From the NCBI GenBank assembly GCA_026026165.1, contig JAPEUD010000003.1, positions 1 through 64,000 of the forward strand: DNA of 64,000 bases, read 5' to 3'. Position 1 is the first letter of the stretch, and each line of letters starts with the position of its first letter. Positions 51,101 through 64,000 of the stretch are shown one piece after another. The notes beneath the pieces are model-generated. The model did no database searches. It worked only from the letters and a program-made list of their open reading frames with translations, and was not told where the DNA came from. Source of the stretch: Sarea resinae (Eukaryota). Position numbers and translations under genes: made by a program.

Positions 51101-51702
51101 CACCCTTACGAGCCCATGCTCGCCGTCTCCGGTATCGACCACACGATCAAGATCTTCTCGCCCGACCAACGCGCCCAAGAAGACGGTCGCAACGGCATCA
51201 ATATCTCCGAGACGAACCATTCGGGCTATTCCTCGCTCCGAATGGGCCGCACGCACTTTGGAGCCCGCCGGCCGCGGCGTGGGGGCGATCCTGACAATGG
51301 CGACACCTCCAACCGTTCGCCCCTCGGTCTCGAAAGCCGCAGACGCATGGCTCAGAGCTACGAGATCATGAATCGGAATGATGTCGAGAGACGGGGTGGC
51401 CTCGGGGAAGCCTACTTGACGGTTAGTCTGCCCCTGTCTCTGCCCCTGTCTCTGCCTCGTCAGCAGGTTGAATTTGCCGAGTGGTTGGGATGGTTTGGCT
51501 GATTGATGGCCGCTATTGTAGAGAGCGACGCTGGCGCATATGGCGGCCAGATTGAGGGATAGACAGGATCTGGGCGATGTTGTCGAGGGCGAGTTTGGCC
51601 CTGGGCCCATTGTGCTAGGCGATAATTGTCAGGTGCATATTTCTCAATCTCCTTGCATTGAGGTCCTGAAACTGATGTCCGTCTCCCGCATAGATCATGT
51701 GA
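48114..51702 (+). CDS. DCAF8/WDR42A/Iqw1-like WD40 protein (CUL4-DDB1 substrate receptor family; multi-exon)
   Basis: ELGGHSGCVNALSWS..G.LLASGSDD, TGHTQNIFSVKFMP, HSDRVKRI, FLTCSEDGEVRQWDLR, YRGHCNVKTVKDVNF, VSGSDSGHVFIWDK, LAVSGIDHTIKIF. Confidence 0.92.
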
Positions 51703-52190
51703 AGGCCGATTTCCCCATTTTCAATGCTCTACGAAGAGGGAAAAGTTGGCCTCGATGACCGAAACAGAACAAGCAGAAAGAAGACGCTCACGAAACTCAC
51801 GACAGTATTTACAAAGGACAACGAAACATCTCGATTCAATCAATTTTAGGCTGGAATGAAATCAATGGCCGTGGCGTTTCGAATCAGCTAGCTACTCAGC
51901 TCATCTCTTCCCTTTCAAAATGGTCTATCTACTGGGAACAGATCAGGAGCAGGCGGTGGTGTACGGGACACATGCATTGGGAAACGGCGTCACAACTCAC
52001 TCCTTCCATGAAGTCTTTCACCTTTAGTATCTGAGCTCTATATATCTATGTAAATGAGTAAGGTCAGGTTGATGACCTACAATCGAAATCGATATCTAAT
52101 AACCCCCGAAGAGTCCTTTTATATAAACCCAAATCGCCCAATTTTGATCCCAAGATGGATGGCACAAGCATGGAAAGATCATCTCCTCCA

Positions 52191-52930
52191 CCCCCCCCCC
52201 CCCCCCCCCCCCCCCCCCTTCTTCAAACCTTCATTTGATTTCTTCACGTCTTCCTCTCTTGATTTTCTCTGATCCGTTGTTTTGAATCTCACCTTTTTCA
52301 ACCGATGAGACATCGGTAAGGTGAAGCTCCAAGGTCCCGGATAGAAAAGCCAGCCAGCCTGCCAATCATCCCACAACAAAAAGCCCTCGGGTGTATGTAT
52401 CATGGCTCCGATACATCACTCGACCGTCACTCAGAGAGCAGTAAGTGAGTGAGTGAGTGAGTACTGACTTCCGCGGTTCCAAGTTCACAGGGGGGGGGGG
52501 GAGAGACTGGAGACGGCTCCCCCGCCCCCACCCCTCCCCTCCCCTCCCCTCCCACGCCGCCCCCTTATCCATCTACCTTGGAGTTTTACGCCCGCAACGC
52601 CGGGTCCCCCTAAGACCAGAGGGCCGGAGAAAAGTGCCCCTCCCCCCCCGGAAACCCCGCCTTGCAAGATCGCCAGTCTTGATTTGTGGAAGACTCTCGG
52701 TCTCGGACTCGGTCTCGGACTCGGTCTCGGTCCCAAACGACGACACGTGGGTTTTGTAGGTGCTCGGATTCTCACGTTCGTATCTCACGTCTCGGCTGCG
52801 ACCGGGGCCCTTGATGCGCAAAGGGGAAGAACCGCGCGACGAGCGAAGAGCGAAGAAGTAGCGCAAGGGAGAGAGAAGAAGAAAAGAAGAAAGGGAAAGG
52901 GAAAAGGAAGGGAAAAGGGGAAAGAAGGCG
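52191..52930. repeat. Low-complexity block: poly-C (52191-52218), poly-G, C-rich tracts, (CTCGGW)n and GA-rich tract
   Basis: Direct reading of homopolymers and hexamer repeats between two convergent genes. Confidence 0.9.
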
Positions 52931-52946
52931 CGTGTATCAGGGATGT

Positions 52947-54956
52947 TCAGTCGACGATCTCGCCCGCCTCGACCCGGCACCGGTGACACATGCACCAGCC
53001 GCCCAGGGCGCCGGCGGCCCATTCGCGGCGCTGGCGCACGGGCAACGAGATGTCGGTGTAGTGGTTCAGGATCTCGTCGCCGGCGGAGATGCCAAGGTGG
53101 TGGTCGTCGTCGTCGTCGTGGGGGTAGGGTGGCGCGGTTGGGCGGCCGTTCGCCGAGGAGGCAGGCTCGTCGACGCTGGTAACAGCAGCAGTAGCAGCAG
53201 CAGAGGCAGCGCCGCCGCCGCCAACAGGAGGGGCAGCACCGGCCGGAGCGAAGATGGGAACGGCCCGGTCGCGAGCCCAGTATTTCATCACGCCGCCCCA
53301 TTCCCAGGCTACGTTGGGCGTACAACTGTGGTTCGCGAGACACCACAGCGGATGCACGGATGCGACGTCTGGACCGGCCGGGGGCCGGACGAGCTTGATG
53401 CCTCTGCCGTCGACTTCTTTGGTGGCGGGGTTAAGGGTTGAAGGATTGCATTTTGGGTCTGCCGTTGGAGTCGTGGGTTTGGCGTTACTGTCGGAGGAAG
53501 AGGAAGAAGAGGAAGAAGGAGTGGACATGGAGAACCTCGCCGAGGCCGTGCCCCGAAATTTCGCATAGAGAGTCTGACTAATCCACGTGTCCGTCTCGCG
53601 CAAACTCGTGAAGATGTTCCGGTCATGCAGCGTGGTGAGCAGGTGCAGCGGGTTGGCGATAGAGTTCTCGAACGAGAACGGTAGCGTTGGTTTTACGATG
53701 GCGATATCCGAAGGCAGGAAGTCGCCCCAGATATATTTCACCTCCTTGATCTCGAGCGGGTGGACCGATGTCGTGGAGGCGATGGCCAACGCCCGCGAGA
53801 GCAGCAGCAGGTACAGCATATCGGACGTATCTTTCATCTTGGGCGTGTGCGCGGGCTGAGGGGTCGGCAGAGGCGTGGGGAGCGGGGAAGCCTCGGAACC
53901 GCAGGTGGCGGGGTGGTAGGTCGCTTGAGCGAGATCGTGGCATTCGGGCGTGCAGAAGATCGTGTCGGTGCACGCGGCGCAGGCCGTGACAGTGCTCCTA
54001 CCAGAGGCGTTCTTGAGATCAGGGAGGGTGGCGGCGCAGGCATCGCAGATTGGGTCGTCGACCCGTGTTGTTGCTGTCAGAAGGGAGCGCTCGGAGAAGA
54101 AGATCTCGCCAGGTGCGATGTCTGCTTTGGCGAACATGCCCAGTTGGAGGATCTGTTTCTGCTCCCGGTTCTGCTCCGTTTCGACCCCCGAGGTCAAGAC
54201 CGGCAATAGCGTAGCGCGGACCTCGCATTTCGGCGCTACCTTTTCCATCTCAGCGTTCAAAAAAGCAAGGCTCTCGTCCGCAAACCGATCGGGTTCGTAA
54301 TTGTTCCAGGGATAGAGCTCGCGGCGGACGGCCCCGCGGTCGGGAAGTTCGGTGTAGTCTATCGAGTCCCCTTCTCCTATGTGATTACCCTTGGATCTTA
54401 ACGACTGTCTATGAATGTCTTTGATTCTTTTTTGGGTCTGGAGAAGAGAGGTACTGCCTGGGGCAAGAGAGAGGCCACGAGTAGAGAAGTCAAAGGCGCT
54501 CTTGAGACTTCCGCATTCGAGGAGGTTCCGCGACAGTATCTGATAGCAATCTAATGCATGAGCCTGCGCTTTCTTTTGCAGCTCCTCCAGATCTTTGGCA
54601 TCTTCCTCGTCTTCCTCCTCTTCCGTTTCGCTCAGATCTGAGCCATCCTCTTTCCCATCCTCCTTCACTCTCCTTTCTCCATCCCCTTTCGCATAAACAC
54701 CGGATCCCTCCTCTCCACTCTTCAATACCCCTCGCAACGCCGCCGTGACTTCCTCATGATACTCCCCGCTCTCATCCTGCACCTCATCCGTCAGCAACAA
54801 TGCCCTATAGGCGTCTCCGGCGGCAAGGTCGGGATAGCCTAGACGTTCGTATGCATTGGCACGACTGAGGTAGACGAGGATATCATAGGGGGATTGGTAT
54901 AGCTGGTCCGTCAGCGAGTTGCGCTGGGTGAGCCAGTATTCGTACAACGGTTGCAT
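52947..54956 (-). CDS. SET/MYND (SMYD-like) lysine methyltransferase with N-terminal TPR-like segment
   Basis: LGMFAKADIAPGE (SET-N), CDAC...CAAC...FCTPEC...YHPATC (MYND), LANHSCTPN, GDEILNHY, post-SET CMCHRC. Confidence 0.88.
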   Translation of the reverse strand: MQPLYEYWLTQRNSLTDQLYQSPYDILVYLSRANAYERLGYPDLAAGDAYRALLLTDEVQDESGEYHEEVTAALRGVLKSGEEGSGVYAKGDGERRVKEDGKEDGSDLSETEEEEDEEDAKDLEELQKKAQAHALDCYQILSRNLLECGSLKSAFDFSTRGLSLAPGSTSLLQTQKRIKDIHRQSLRSKGNHIGEGDSIDYTELPDRGAVRRELYPWNNYEPDRFADESLAFLNAEMEKVAPKCEVRATLLPVLTSGVETEQNREQKQILQLGMFAKADIAPGEIFFSERSLLTATTRVDDPICDACAATLPDLKNASGRSTVTACAACTDTIFCTPECHDLAQATYHPATCGSEASPLPTPLPTPQPAHTPKMKDTSDMLYLLLLSRALAIASTTSVHPLEIKEVKYIWGDFLPSDIAIVKPTLPFSFENSIANPLHLLTTLHDRNIFTSLRETDTWISQTLYAKFRGTASARFSMSTPSSSSSSSSDSNAKPTTPTADPKCNPSTLNPATKEVDGRGIKLVRPPAGPDVASVHPLWCLANHSCTPNVAWEWGGVMKYWARDRAVPIFAPAGAAPPVGGGGAASAAATAAVTSVDEPASSANGRPTAPPYPHDDDDDHHLGISAGDEILNHYTDISLPVRQRREWAAGALGGWCMCHRCRVEAGEIVD

Positions 54957-55637
54957 GGGTGGGGGGTCTGTGATAAGAGTCAAAAGCCTTTCGTGTCGGG
55001 TTACGTAGTTTGGGAAAAGATGGCTGGAGATTTGATTCGCGATACAGATTTAATTCGACGAGATCGAGAGATGATTAGATAAGATTGTGGACCAAGTACT
55101 TCGTACTTCGTACTTTGCAGAGAATAAGCCCCTCGATCTCTCGCCCCCTCGACTCCTCTACCACGTCTCACCCTTGAACCATTCAAGAAGGGACTATATT
55201 ATTGGCATATCAATTCGACAATTATGAATTACTCATCCCTAGCCGGTGCATGCTCGAGCGCTCAGGGTATCTAAAGATGCAATGCAACAGATAAAACCAC
55301 CAGCTCCAAAGAAACCCGCCTTCGCGATCCTCTATGTGCCCATTCCCAGCATGTGCTAACATATGAGACCCTTCATAAAATCATCATATAGGCTTGCGCC
55401 CAGCTATGATCTCCCTCTAATCATGCAAGCGTTCCAAACATGCAAATGAAATGAGATAAACCTCCCCAGAAAAGATCGAAACTCCAAACCCCCACTCCCG
55501 AACCATGAATGTCGCTCAATCGCTCAATCGCTCAATCAGCATCGAAGTCGCTAATCGCTATCAAATAAAGACTGCTTCGCTATGCATAAATGATCAGAAT
55601 ATCACAAGGTCGTTTGGACCCATATTAAGATCCCTCC

Positions 55638-58600
55638 TTAAACAGACACCGTCCGGCGACGAGGTGCCAATGGCTTCTGAGCATAGCAGATCAACAACTT
55701 GAAGCTCGTCTGTCTCTTCTCACACTCTCTCAACAGTGCCCTATCATTCCACACGCTGCGCGAAAGATCGTCGTCCGGTAGGATGACCGATTCGAAACAG
55801 CGCGTATACCACCACCTACCCACTTTCGCGACCATCTTCGTGATGCCCTCATCACCGGCCTGGGATTGATCTTTGAGCATGTCGCCGAGCGAAATATCTT
55901 TCTCATCTGCCGACCCAGACCGCGAACCAGCGACCCTTCCAGCAGCCGGGACCCCAACGACGCATCGATTGAGATTTTCGAAACCTCGCCGTCCAAGTAG
56001 TCTCTGGATATTGTCTGAGGCAGGCTTCAGAGAGACGTCGGGATTGGCTACTTGCATCCTGACCTTCAGCATGCGGACGGCCCTCCGCGCACGATTACCC
56101 ATGTTCATCATATCGAGATCAAGGGCGCTGATTTCGAGATAACCTCCTGGTCGGAGGACCCTCTTGCATTCGGATATCGCGTTTCGGTATCCTGTCTCTG
56201 AAGTGGCAACAGGGAAGCGGAAAACTACTGCAGCAAAGAAACCCTTCGGAAACGGAAAAGGATTCTCAATACTTTGATATTGGATTTGACGATGATTGCT
56301 CGGAGAATCCATTGCCCCAGCTCCAGGATTCTTGTTGGGCTTCTGACTACTGGCAGAAGATGGACTGAGATTGTAGATTGTCGCATCTGGATATGTCAAA
56401 GCGCAATAAAAAGACCAGTCATCTAGGATTGAGTCAGATCATCATGGATTTTGGTGAATTTGTATTGAACTTACCATTCCCGAGGCCATCAAGGACCAGA
56501 ACCCGATCGTTCCTGTTCTGCTTCAGCTCTGTATTGGCTGGACTGAATAATACACGGCCAAAAGAAAGCCATCGGCTGGTCATGAGGGCACTAAATCGAA
56601 GATTTGCCTGAACTCCTCGGCTAGTTTGATCTCCGGATGCCTGTTTAACAGGTTCTTCATTCTCATCATGCATCATACCTCGGTTCGCAACACTTGAAAC
56701 GGATGTTGACTGAGAGTGTCCTGATTTTGAGCTAAGCCGGCTCCTTGCTGAGGAACTCAGTCGTCCATTGAAGGGATCAATCACACTGTTATTCCGCTCG
56801 CCATAGCCACGTACTATATCGGTCAAGGACGCAGGAGTCAGAGGCATGGTAGCTGATGTTGGCTGGAGAATATCAGTTGACCTGCTGTATTCAAGCCCTC
56901 TCTCGTCTGCTCGTGGTGATTGCAGAACTCTAGCAGATGTAGTCTGAGGTTGTGGATGGGAAGGACTGGTCTCCACCGTTGGTGACTCCCTTTTCACTTC
57001 AGTAGGAAGGCCTGTAGCTTCCTTCTCTAGGACCGGACGGTCCTGGAACGGCTCAAAGAGAGAGAAGATACCTGGAAAGGGGGAGACCATATCTTTCCTG
57101 GGAAGAACGTCATCGATAAATTCGTTGTACTCATTCCAGATTTCGTCTTCGCTAGGGGGAGCGCCCGGGCTAGGAATAACAGCAGTCGTCGCAGCAAAGT
57201 AATTGGTGCCCGAGCTGCTAGAATAGGACAATTCCGAATTCTTTCGTGGTGGAAAGGATATGAAATCTCTAGACTCCAATGGATTGACTGGTGCACTGCT
57301 GGTTTGAACAGAATCTATAGGCACTGGACTCTGACTTAGATCACCCGATCCCCATCGCTTCTGAGGCGGCTCCTCGGTCTGAATACCATGTGCCATGCTT
57401 CCGCTCTTCGATTCCTCCGTCTCCGATAGTGAAGAGGCCGGTTGTACAGCTGGTCCTGGATAAGCACGGGTGAAAGGACGTGAGAAAGATTGAGACGGAG
57501 GCCTGCGAGTCCGATCTCTCCTCGAAATTACTCGAGGAATACGACCAACTTGAATCAATCTAGGCGGTTTGGGGACAGATACCGAGTCGGTAGCCTCCTC
57601 ACTGGTATTGGAATCCGGTTTTCGAAGCATTACCTTCGGTGAAGAGGGTCTCCGTACTCGAGCAAACTCAGCTGGAAAGACTGGAGGAGAAGGCAGAAGT
57701 ACCGAATTTGCATGCCTCTGACTTTCGGGTTCAACATCTGAATTATCCGTGACACCTGAGACTTGAGGCTCATCCACCTCGGATGTGTTGCCGGCTTGAT
57801 GTAGTATATCCTCAAGATCTTCAATTTCGACCTCCTCATCTGGATCAATAAGCGCATAATGAGCGAAAGACCTTGCCAGAGGATTGCGAGTAACCGCGAC
57901 AGTAACCTCGGCATTGTTCACTGATCTTGGAGGAGATGCCTGAACTCTTTGAAAGAAGTTCCACTTTCTTGGGGATCTAGATGGCGTTTCAGATCGCTTT
58001 GGTTTAAGCCAGTTCCCCTCCCTTCCTTCGGAGACATCAGACACAGGAGGCAGTGTGCTATCGGTTTGCGGGACTGTGGACCGGCTGGTGTCATAGCTAT
58101 TCAGCGACGGCGATACGGGTAAAACGGTCGTGTTGATCGGTGCGGGGAGTCTGACGGTATCTGTTACGTGGAACTGTTGAGATCGATGAAGGGAACGCCT
58201 AGCAGCCAACGTAGGCAGACTTGAAATATCGGGCTTTTCAGCCTGTGATGGCTTCTGTTTTCCAGCCTCAGCCCGAGCTGTGCGTATTATCGTGGGAATA
58301 TCTGGAGCGGAACGGGGCATCGCAGAAGCCATCAAACTAGGCCTTTGCAGCTCGCTGCTAGTCTTGGAGGTCATGGAAGTCTGCGAAGCACTGAAATCTG
58401 AGTCAAGGCTTGGTCTCCCACCGGCTGAGCTAGTGGTGCTTCCTCTCCTTCCCAGTTTGAGACTGTTGTGATTCTCCAGTATACCGCCGCCGCCACCGAT
58501 TACCACTGGAGCCAGTCGATCCAAGAAGAATTCGTCGACCTCTGGTTCATCTCTGCTAGTCATGCTGCTCTTTCGACTCGAAGGTGTACGGGCAGCACTT

Positions 58601-60465
58601 GCTGACGCACTTTCCGCACTGTTCGAACGGGCCCAACTACCACTAGTGCTCGTTGTACTTCCACTCCGGCCTCGAACGGCGTATTTTCCATAACCTTCAT
58701 GCCCAGTTCCTGCTGTTGGCCCTTTCTTCGACCGTTTCCCCTGCCGGTCCATGACTGCGGGGTCAGGTTCGGTCTTGGCTTTCCTGTGAAAAAGACCAAA
58801 TCTAGATGTTGACTTGCTAGAGATGACCCTCGATGAAGTGATGACTTTCCTCGGCATCTCTTCCTGTTGTTGTGATCCGGTATCCGATCCAGGACCACTG
58901 GGCTGCGTTGATAGATTCCCTTTGGCAGGAGAGTGATTTGAGCCGGATAAAGGGCTGCGGGAGGGAGCCTTCGGAGGGACTGCAGGGCGATATTGCCCGC
59001 CTGCAGAAGGACTACTTATGGAACCGGAAGATTCGTTTGATGGCCCTCGCCTATGATTTGAGCTCTGTATGTATGTCAGATTGCTTTGGATGACGGGCGA
59101 TGGGCCTCGAAATTCCTCCAAATTGGAAGCCCCTTGGCGGCTCGGTCGTGTGGGCATCAGCATTTTTGCTGATGATGGTGATGCTGAAGTAACTTTTGGT
59201 AGAGAACTTTTCGTAGGAGATGATAATCCCGAAGTTTGAAGTGTTAGCTTTGGATTATCGATCGTCCCTCGTTCTTTGCCATTGACCCGTGTTTTCGCAA
59301 ACTTCATTGACGATTTCCGTGGTGGCGGACTTGGTGGCGGCGGCGATAGTTGGGCCTTCTTTTCCTTTTCCTTTTCCCTTTCCTTCCCTTTCTTTTCACG
59401 GTCTCCAGCCTTGACAGTCGAACCTGACGAGGAAGAGGTGATAGATTCTCGTAGCGAAGGAAGGCCTTGGGTATCAAGAGGGGAAGCAGTCGCTCCTGGC
59501 GTTGTACTCCCAGTTCTCCGACGGGTCACTGGGGGCCGACTCCGTATAGGGCTTGACTTCTTGGTTTTGAGCTGGGGTTTTGGAGGTATCACAATACTGG
59601 GGGATTGCGACGATAAAGAGGTTGGTGTGGATGTCCGACTAAATGGTCCTGGGGACCCAGAATATCGGGTCGAGGGGCTAGCGGATAGCGCATATAGATT
59701 TGACGGAGGCGACAGGTCTTGAGTATCTAGTCTAGGCGGTAGTTCTTCTAGCGGAGGTCCGAATAATCTACCTAGATCTGCCGGAGACTGGTTGACATCA
59801 AAGTAACTTGTGGGTGCCGCTGACGATGGAGAGGCTTGTGGAAGTGCAAAGCCCAAGATAGACCCTGGGAAAGGGTCCCTGTAGTGGCTCGACGGGGACA
59901 GATTGGCTTCGCGTGAGATTGAAACACTTGAACTTTCTTGAGATTCTGTCGATTCTGTACGTGAGTAAGCTGAACGCTGATTGATTGATGACGGCTTCCG
60001 TCGTAATACATTGCGCTGGCGGATCTCTGGTGTCTTGGGAGGTGGAGGCGGAGGTGGAGGCGGAGGTGGTGGCTCTATTGCGGGAGACATGTAAATCCCT
60101 TGCGGTCGAGGCTCTCTAGAACGTGATGGAGTAGCATTTTTCCCGTAGTCAAGACGAGTGTCTGACATTGGTAGAGCTCGCAAAGATCGAGTTGGCATCG
60201 CGTCGTGCCGACGTCTTCTAGTCTCCAATTGCGACGTTGATACGGATTCAGAGATGTTCCTGCTAGAGTCATTCGACCTTGGCGCTGCCTTGCCCTTGTT
60301 CTTCCTAGAAAATAAGAGTGAAGAAGACCGTGGAATCTTGGACCCGACGGGGGCAGCAGGGACTAAGTTCTCTAGGCGTGATCGATCACCAGTCTCCGGT
60401 CGATTAGAAGGCTGCGATGTCCCCGATGCGCCGGGAGGGCTGAAGCGGGGTCTAGAGGATGACAT
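55638..60465 (-). CDS. Large S/P/R-rich disordered protein with C-terminal class I SAM-methyltransferase-like domain (intron 56423-56474; start uncertain)
   Basis: More than 1300 open codons, then MTSRWLSFGRVLFSP...RVLVLDGLGN|DDWSFYCALTYP, FPFPKGFF, ISECKRVLRPGGYLE. Confidence 0.85.
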
Positions 60466-60801
60466 ATCGAAAGCCTGCGGTGATGCGCCGCTACGAGCCA
60501 AAGAGCCGGACGCAGAAGAGGCTGCCGATGATATGGAATCATGAGCTTTTGTGCGATCATTACCGTACGAAGTCTTGGTTGTCCATTGAGGGTCGTTCTA
60601 TAAGGCGCCATATCAGTAAACTACCTGGTTGGACAGCTGCTCAGTGTTCAAAACCTACATGAATGCACAAAGTTGAAAATAAATTGGGGTTACAGCTTTG
60701 CCCGTTGGCAATGGAACCGTTTCCACAATTGAATATATTAGGAAGATTATGGAGAATATTAGACAGGCCGTTCTGTGACGGTTCAACCGCACAGAGGACT
60801 C

Positions 60802-60838
60802 GTGTGTGTGTGTGTGTGTGTGTATGTGTGTGGGTGTG
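60802..60838 (+). repeat. (GT)n microsatellite
   Basis: Direct reading. Confidence 0.95.
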
Positions 60839-63800
60839 ATATGTTTCGACCTAGAGCGAGCAAACGGATCGAGGCGCGACGGACCGCTATCCGCCTGGTG
60901 GGTAAGGTGGGTAGGTATGTACAAGGTCGCACAGCGAGGAAAGGTTTGAAACAGATCCAAGAATTAATTAAATAATGCAATGTGACAGGAGTAGAGATGC
61001 GGGCGCTTGGAAATGAGATTTGAGAGAAGAGAAAGGCTTATGGTGCACTATGGTAGTTGAGCAAGAGACGTCAAGCGGCAGGAGACGACGGATATCAAGG
61101 GACCTGGCCCTGGCTTATGCGCGGATCGCTCGTGCGGGGGGGTTTAGAGGGGGAAGGGGGGGGGGGGGTAGGAGAAGAGAGAGGTAGATGTGCTTCAAAT
61201 ACCGGAGACGAGGCGTTACCTTTTACCAGGTAGATATAAGACAGAGTTGGACGTCAAGCCGCCGTCGTTAGCGTTTGATATGTTATGAATAAATCAAAAG
61301 CTCCGCTGACGGGCTCGAGTCCTGACTTATTGTCTAGTGTCGTATTATCGCATCCACTCGATGGCGAAGTGCAGCATGTCGAGGTAAGGTACTGTACCTT
61401 GCACGGTGCAAGAGTGAGCAAGGATGCAACGGTACTGGCCACACCGAGCGACTGCCTTGACTTGCTTCCTTCTTCTGTCCTTCTAGTGCGGAAGCGCATT
61501 GGCACACAAGAAACAAGCTGTGGGATCAACACCAACCGGAATTGCCGTCTGGCGATACCTGAAGGGGAGAAAAGACAGATTGTCACTATAGCGTTGGTGT
61601 GCAGAAGAGAGAGAGAGAGAGTCATGGTGATTGGCAAGAAGGCAGCCGTTGCCTCTCTCATCAGGGTGAGATGAGGCCAAAAGAGCATTGGGGCAATCAT
61701 GCATGGCCCCGTCGAGCCCGTCTCTATCGCTATCGTCGCTGCCCTCGCCTCTCAGCTCAGGCTGTGCCACCATCATCCTCATCATCATCAGATGGTGATG
61801 CCGTGTCGGATAGCTGCACCTAGTCAGTAGCAAAGAGAATAAGAATGGCATCAGGTCGAGTCCGAGCATCGGCGATAGCTGATTGCACGATGACGGCCCA
61901 GTCACGAGTGGGGACGGACGGTAGGTGAGGCTATTCGCGGGAAGGAAGACGACGGACTGCGACTAAGGAAGGAAGCAGAAAGAAGGGTCTTCGCTCTGAG
62001 ATGTGCTAGATATGTACCAGGGACACAGCCGCCGTGGCCGGTGGACCTCATTCGCCATGCTTGACGAGAACGTGCGATGCGCGTGAGGCGTGCATGTACA
62101 TAGGAGGTCTGAAGATTCATCCCTGACGGCGTTGCCTCCAATCTCGCTCTGCCCTTTGGCCCTCTGCGCTCCAGCTCCGACCGTGCAGAGTCCAATTTGG
62201 GATCATCGTGCAGCATCCATGGATTGGGGCAGGTCACGGCCATCTGGAGGTGAAGCGACCAGGTACTATGTAGGCCAAGGGCAAGTACGAGGTACGAAGG
62301 ACTACTAGAGTACGCAGTAGCTTGATTGAAACACCATCGAGACGAGCCGCCGCCGCCCTGATTTGACGGAACAGGGCCAATCCTGGCTCGGGGCCTTTGG
62401 ACCTTTTGACAGGTGTGGGGTCGACTGGTCGACTGCCTACTCTCTCTCTCTCTCTCTCATCACCATGGAACTCGTCTGAGATGATGGATGCTATGGATCG
62501 CATATCATGCCATCTTCACCAATGGGCATTTATCCCTATAAGAGAGGACTGACGGGCGTCCCGGTCGATATCTGGATCGGCTGTGACCTTCCTTGTACAG
62601 CTGGGACAGAGAACCCTCCCTATCAGGCAGTGAGGAGCCCGAGATAACACGGTCGATCCCGTCCAGGAGATCTCGAGCGGGAGAGAAACGAGAAGAAGGA
62701 TAGAGTACTGAAGTACTACTCCGCTGTACTGCGCAGTAGGGAGACTACTACGACGTAGTGCTATCACATCAGCCGAGCGGCGGGCTCACCGCTTTCGCGA
62801 GCTGAGATGGTCGAAGCATTCGGGCTGTATTCGTCCCTGGACTCAATACCTTACTATGAGGTAGGTACGTAGTACTACGTAGTATTACATAGTGTGAGTA
62901 GGTACCTTGGCTACGACCGTGGATCAACAACCACGACCAGCAGCCCTGAGGTGTGCAGCGTGCATATGCACGCACAAGTGGAGAGTAGATCATGCAAATC
63001 CTGGCTGAGTGCCTGACCTAGGTGTTTAATGCACGAGGAAACTGCAGACTCAGCCACATCGCCACACAAACCACTCGTCTCCATCATCGACGTGGCAGGC
63101 AAGAAAATCTCAACTCCACACGTCCTTGTCGCAATTGCTTGTACTATGTACGAAGACCTCACAAAGAATGACCCGAGCCGGGTAAAGGATAAGATCGATG
63201 AGGAGGGAATCGTATCACTGGCGTGCGCGCGGACGCGACGTGACTCGAGCCGCCCAACTCCCGGGTCCCTGCAACTTAAGTGCACGGCGTGCCACATAGT
63301 AGCTGATTAGCACGAAACTTACTTCGTCCGCCCAGCCATTCACCCCTCCGCACGCTGTCTTTGTCGGTTGATAGGTCCAACTGTCGTGGATGCATGCTGC
63401 GCCGGTTTGTGGTTCTCGGGGTCTCGATGGTCAGGTGATGGCGAGATGGTGGGCTGGAGGATGTGCGGAAGATTTCTGAGGTTGGAGGAAACATGGAAAA
63501 AATGGGTAGTAGGCCTATCACTGAACACAAGGACTACGCCGGTAGTAATGACAAATATCTGGAATGCCGCCGTACCCAGTAGCACTTCCGAAGCAATGTA
63601 TTATATTAATTCGATACGCCAATTATTCCTAGGTAGTCGTAGATATGCCCAAAATCAGCTCCGTCATCAGTGTTGCCATTTACATCCATCCATCCCAGAT
63701 GGCGACCCAGTCCTCACCCAAGCGGGCCAAACAGGGTATCATTTCATTCTTCGTTATCCTTAGTAGCCCGATAGTCCTATTAGATCGCCATATTTCGTCC

Positions 63801-64000
63801 ATATTCCTTCCCTTTCGCAACATACGCTCGACCGCAGCTCCAGCAGACACGAAATTCAACTCTCCAATTTCCTCTTCAACTCCCCCAGGGCCCTCCCATC
63901 ACATGACTCTAGGATGTCCAAGCACCCACGACAGATGCGCAGACAGCACCATGTGCACCTCCACCTCGGCTCATCATCCTCTGTGCGACATGTCATGCAG

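Noticed and set aside
52573..53441. Overlapping Arg/Gly-rich ORFs (257 aa, 169 aa)
   Set aside because: Shadow frames of the GC-rich SET gene and adjacent simple repeats.
60700..64000. Many short ORFs in the final 3.3 kb
   Set aside because: No domains, interrupted by microsatellites; reads as a long regulatory/intergenic region.

Overview
Intron-containing nuclear DNA from a filamentous ascomycete (Pezizomycotina-type genes; short GT-AG introns with CTRAY branch points). Bases 1-~1930 are an AT-rich, TpA-rich transposon relic that looks RIP-mutated. The rest is a gene-dense housekeeping block: hsp90, a septin-like GTPase, G3BP/Bre5-like NTF2-RRM protein, a small conserved protein, a TPR-like protein, a Baeyer-Villiger monooxygenase, the divergent pair TFIIIA/RPB6, S-formylglutathione hydrolase, exportin-T (Los1), xylulokinase, a mitochondrial CDF transporter, a SIRT4-like sirtuin, separase, a DUF5321-like protein, a DCAF8-like WD40 protein, a SET/MYND protein and a long disordered protein with a C-terminal methyltransferase-like domain. 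The last ~3.4 kb has no supportable gene. The most interesting non-protein signals are a ~600-nt densely structured, unidentified ncRNA candidate (38.26-38.86 kb) and an snR4-like box C/D snoRNA candidate in a long intron of an apparently non-coding host transcript (25.3-25.6 kb). Gene models and family assignments were made by eye and from memory of the families; no searches were run. CDS coordinates span introns.
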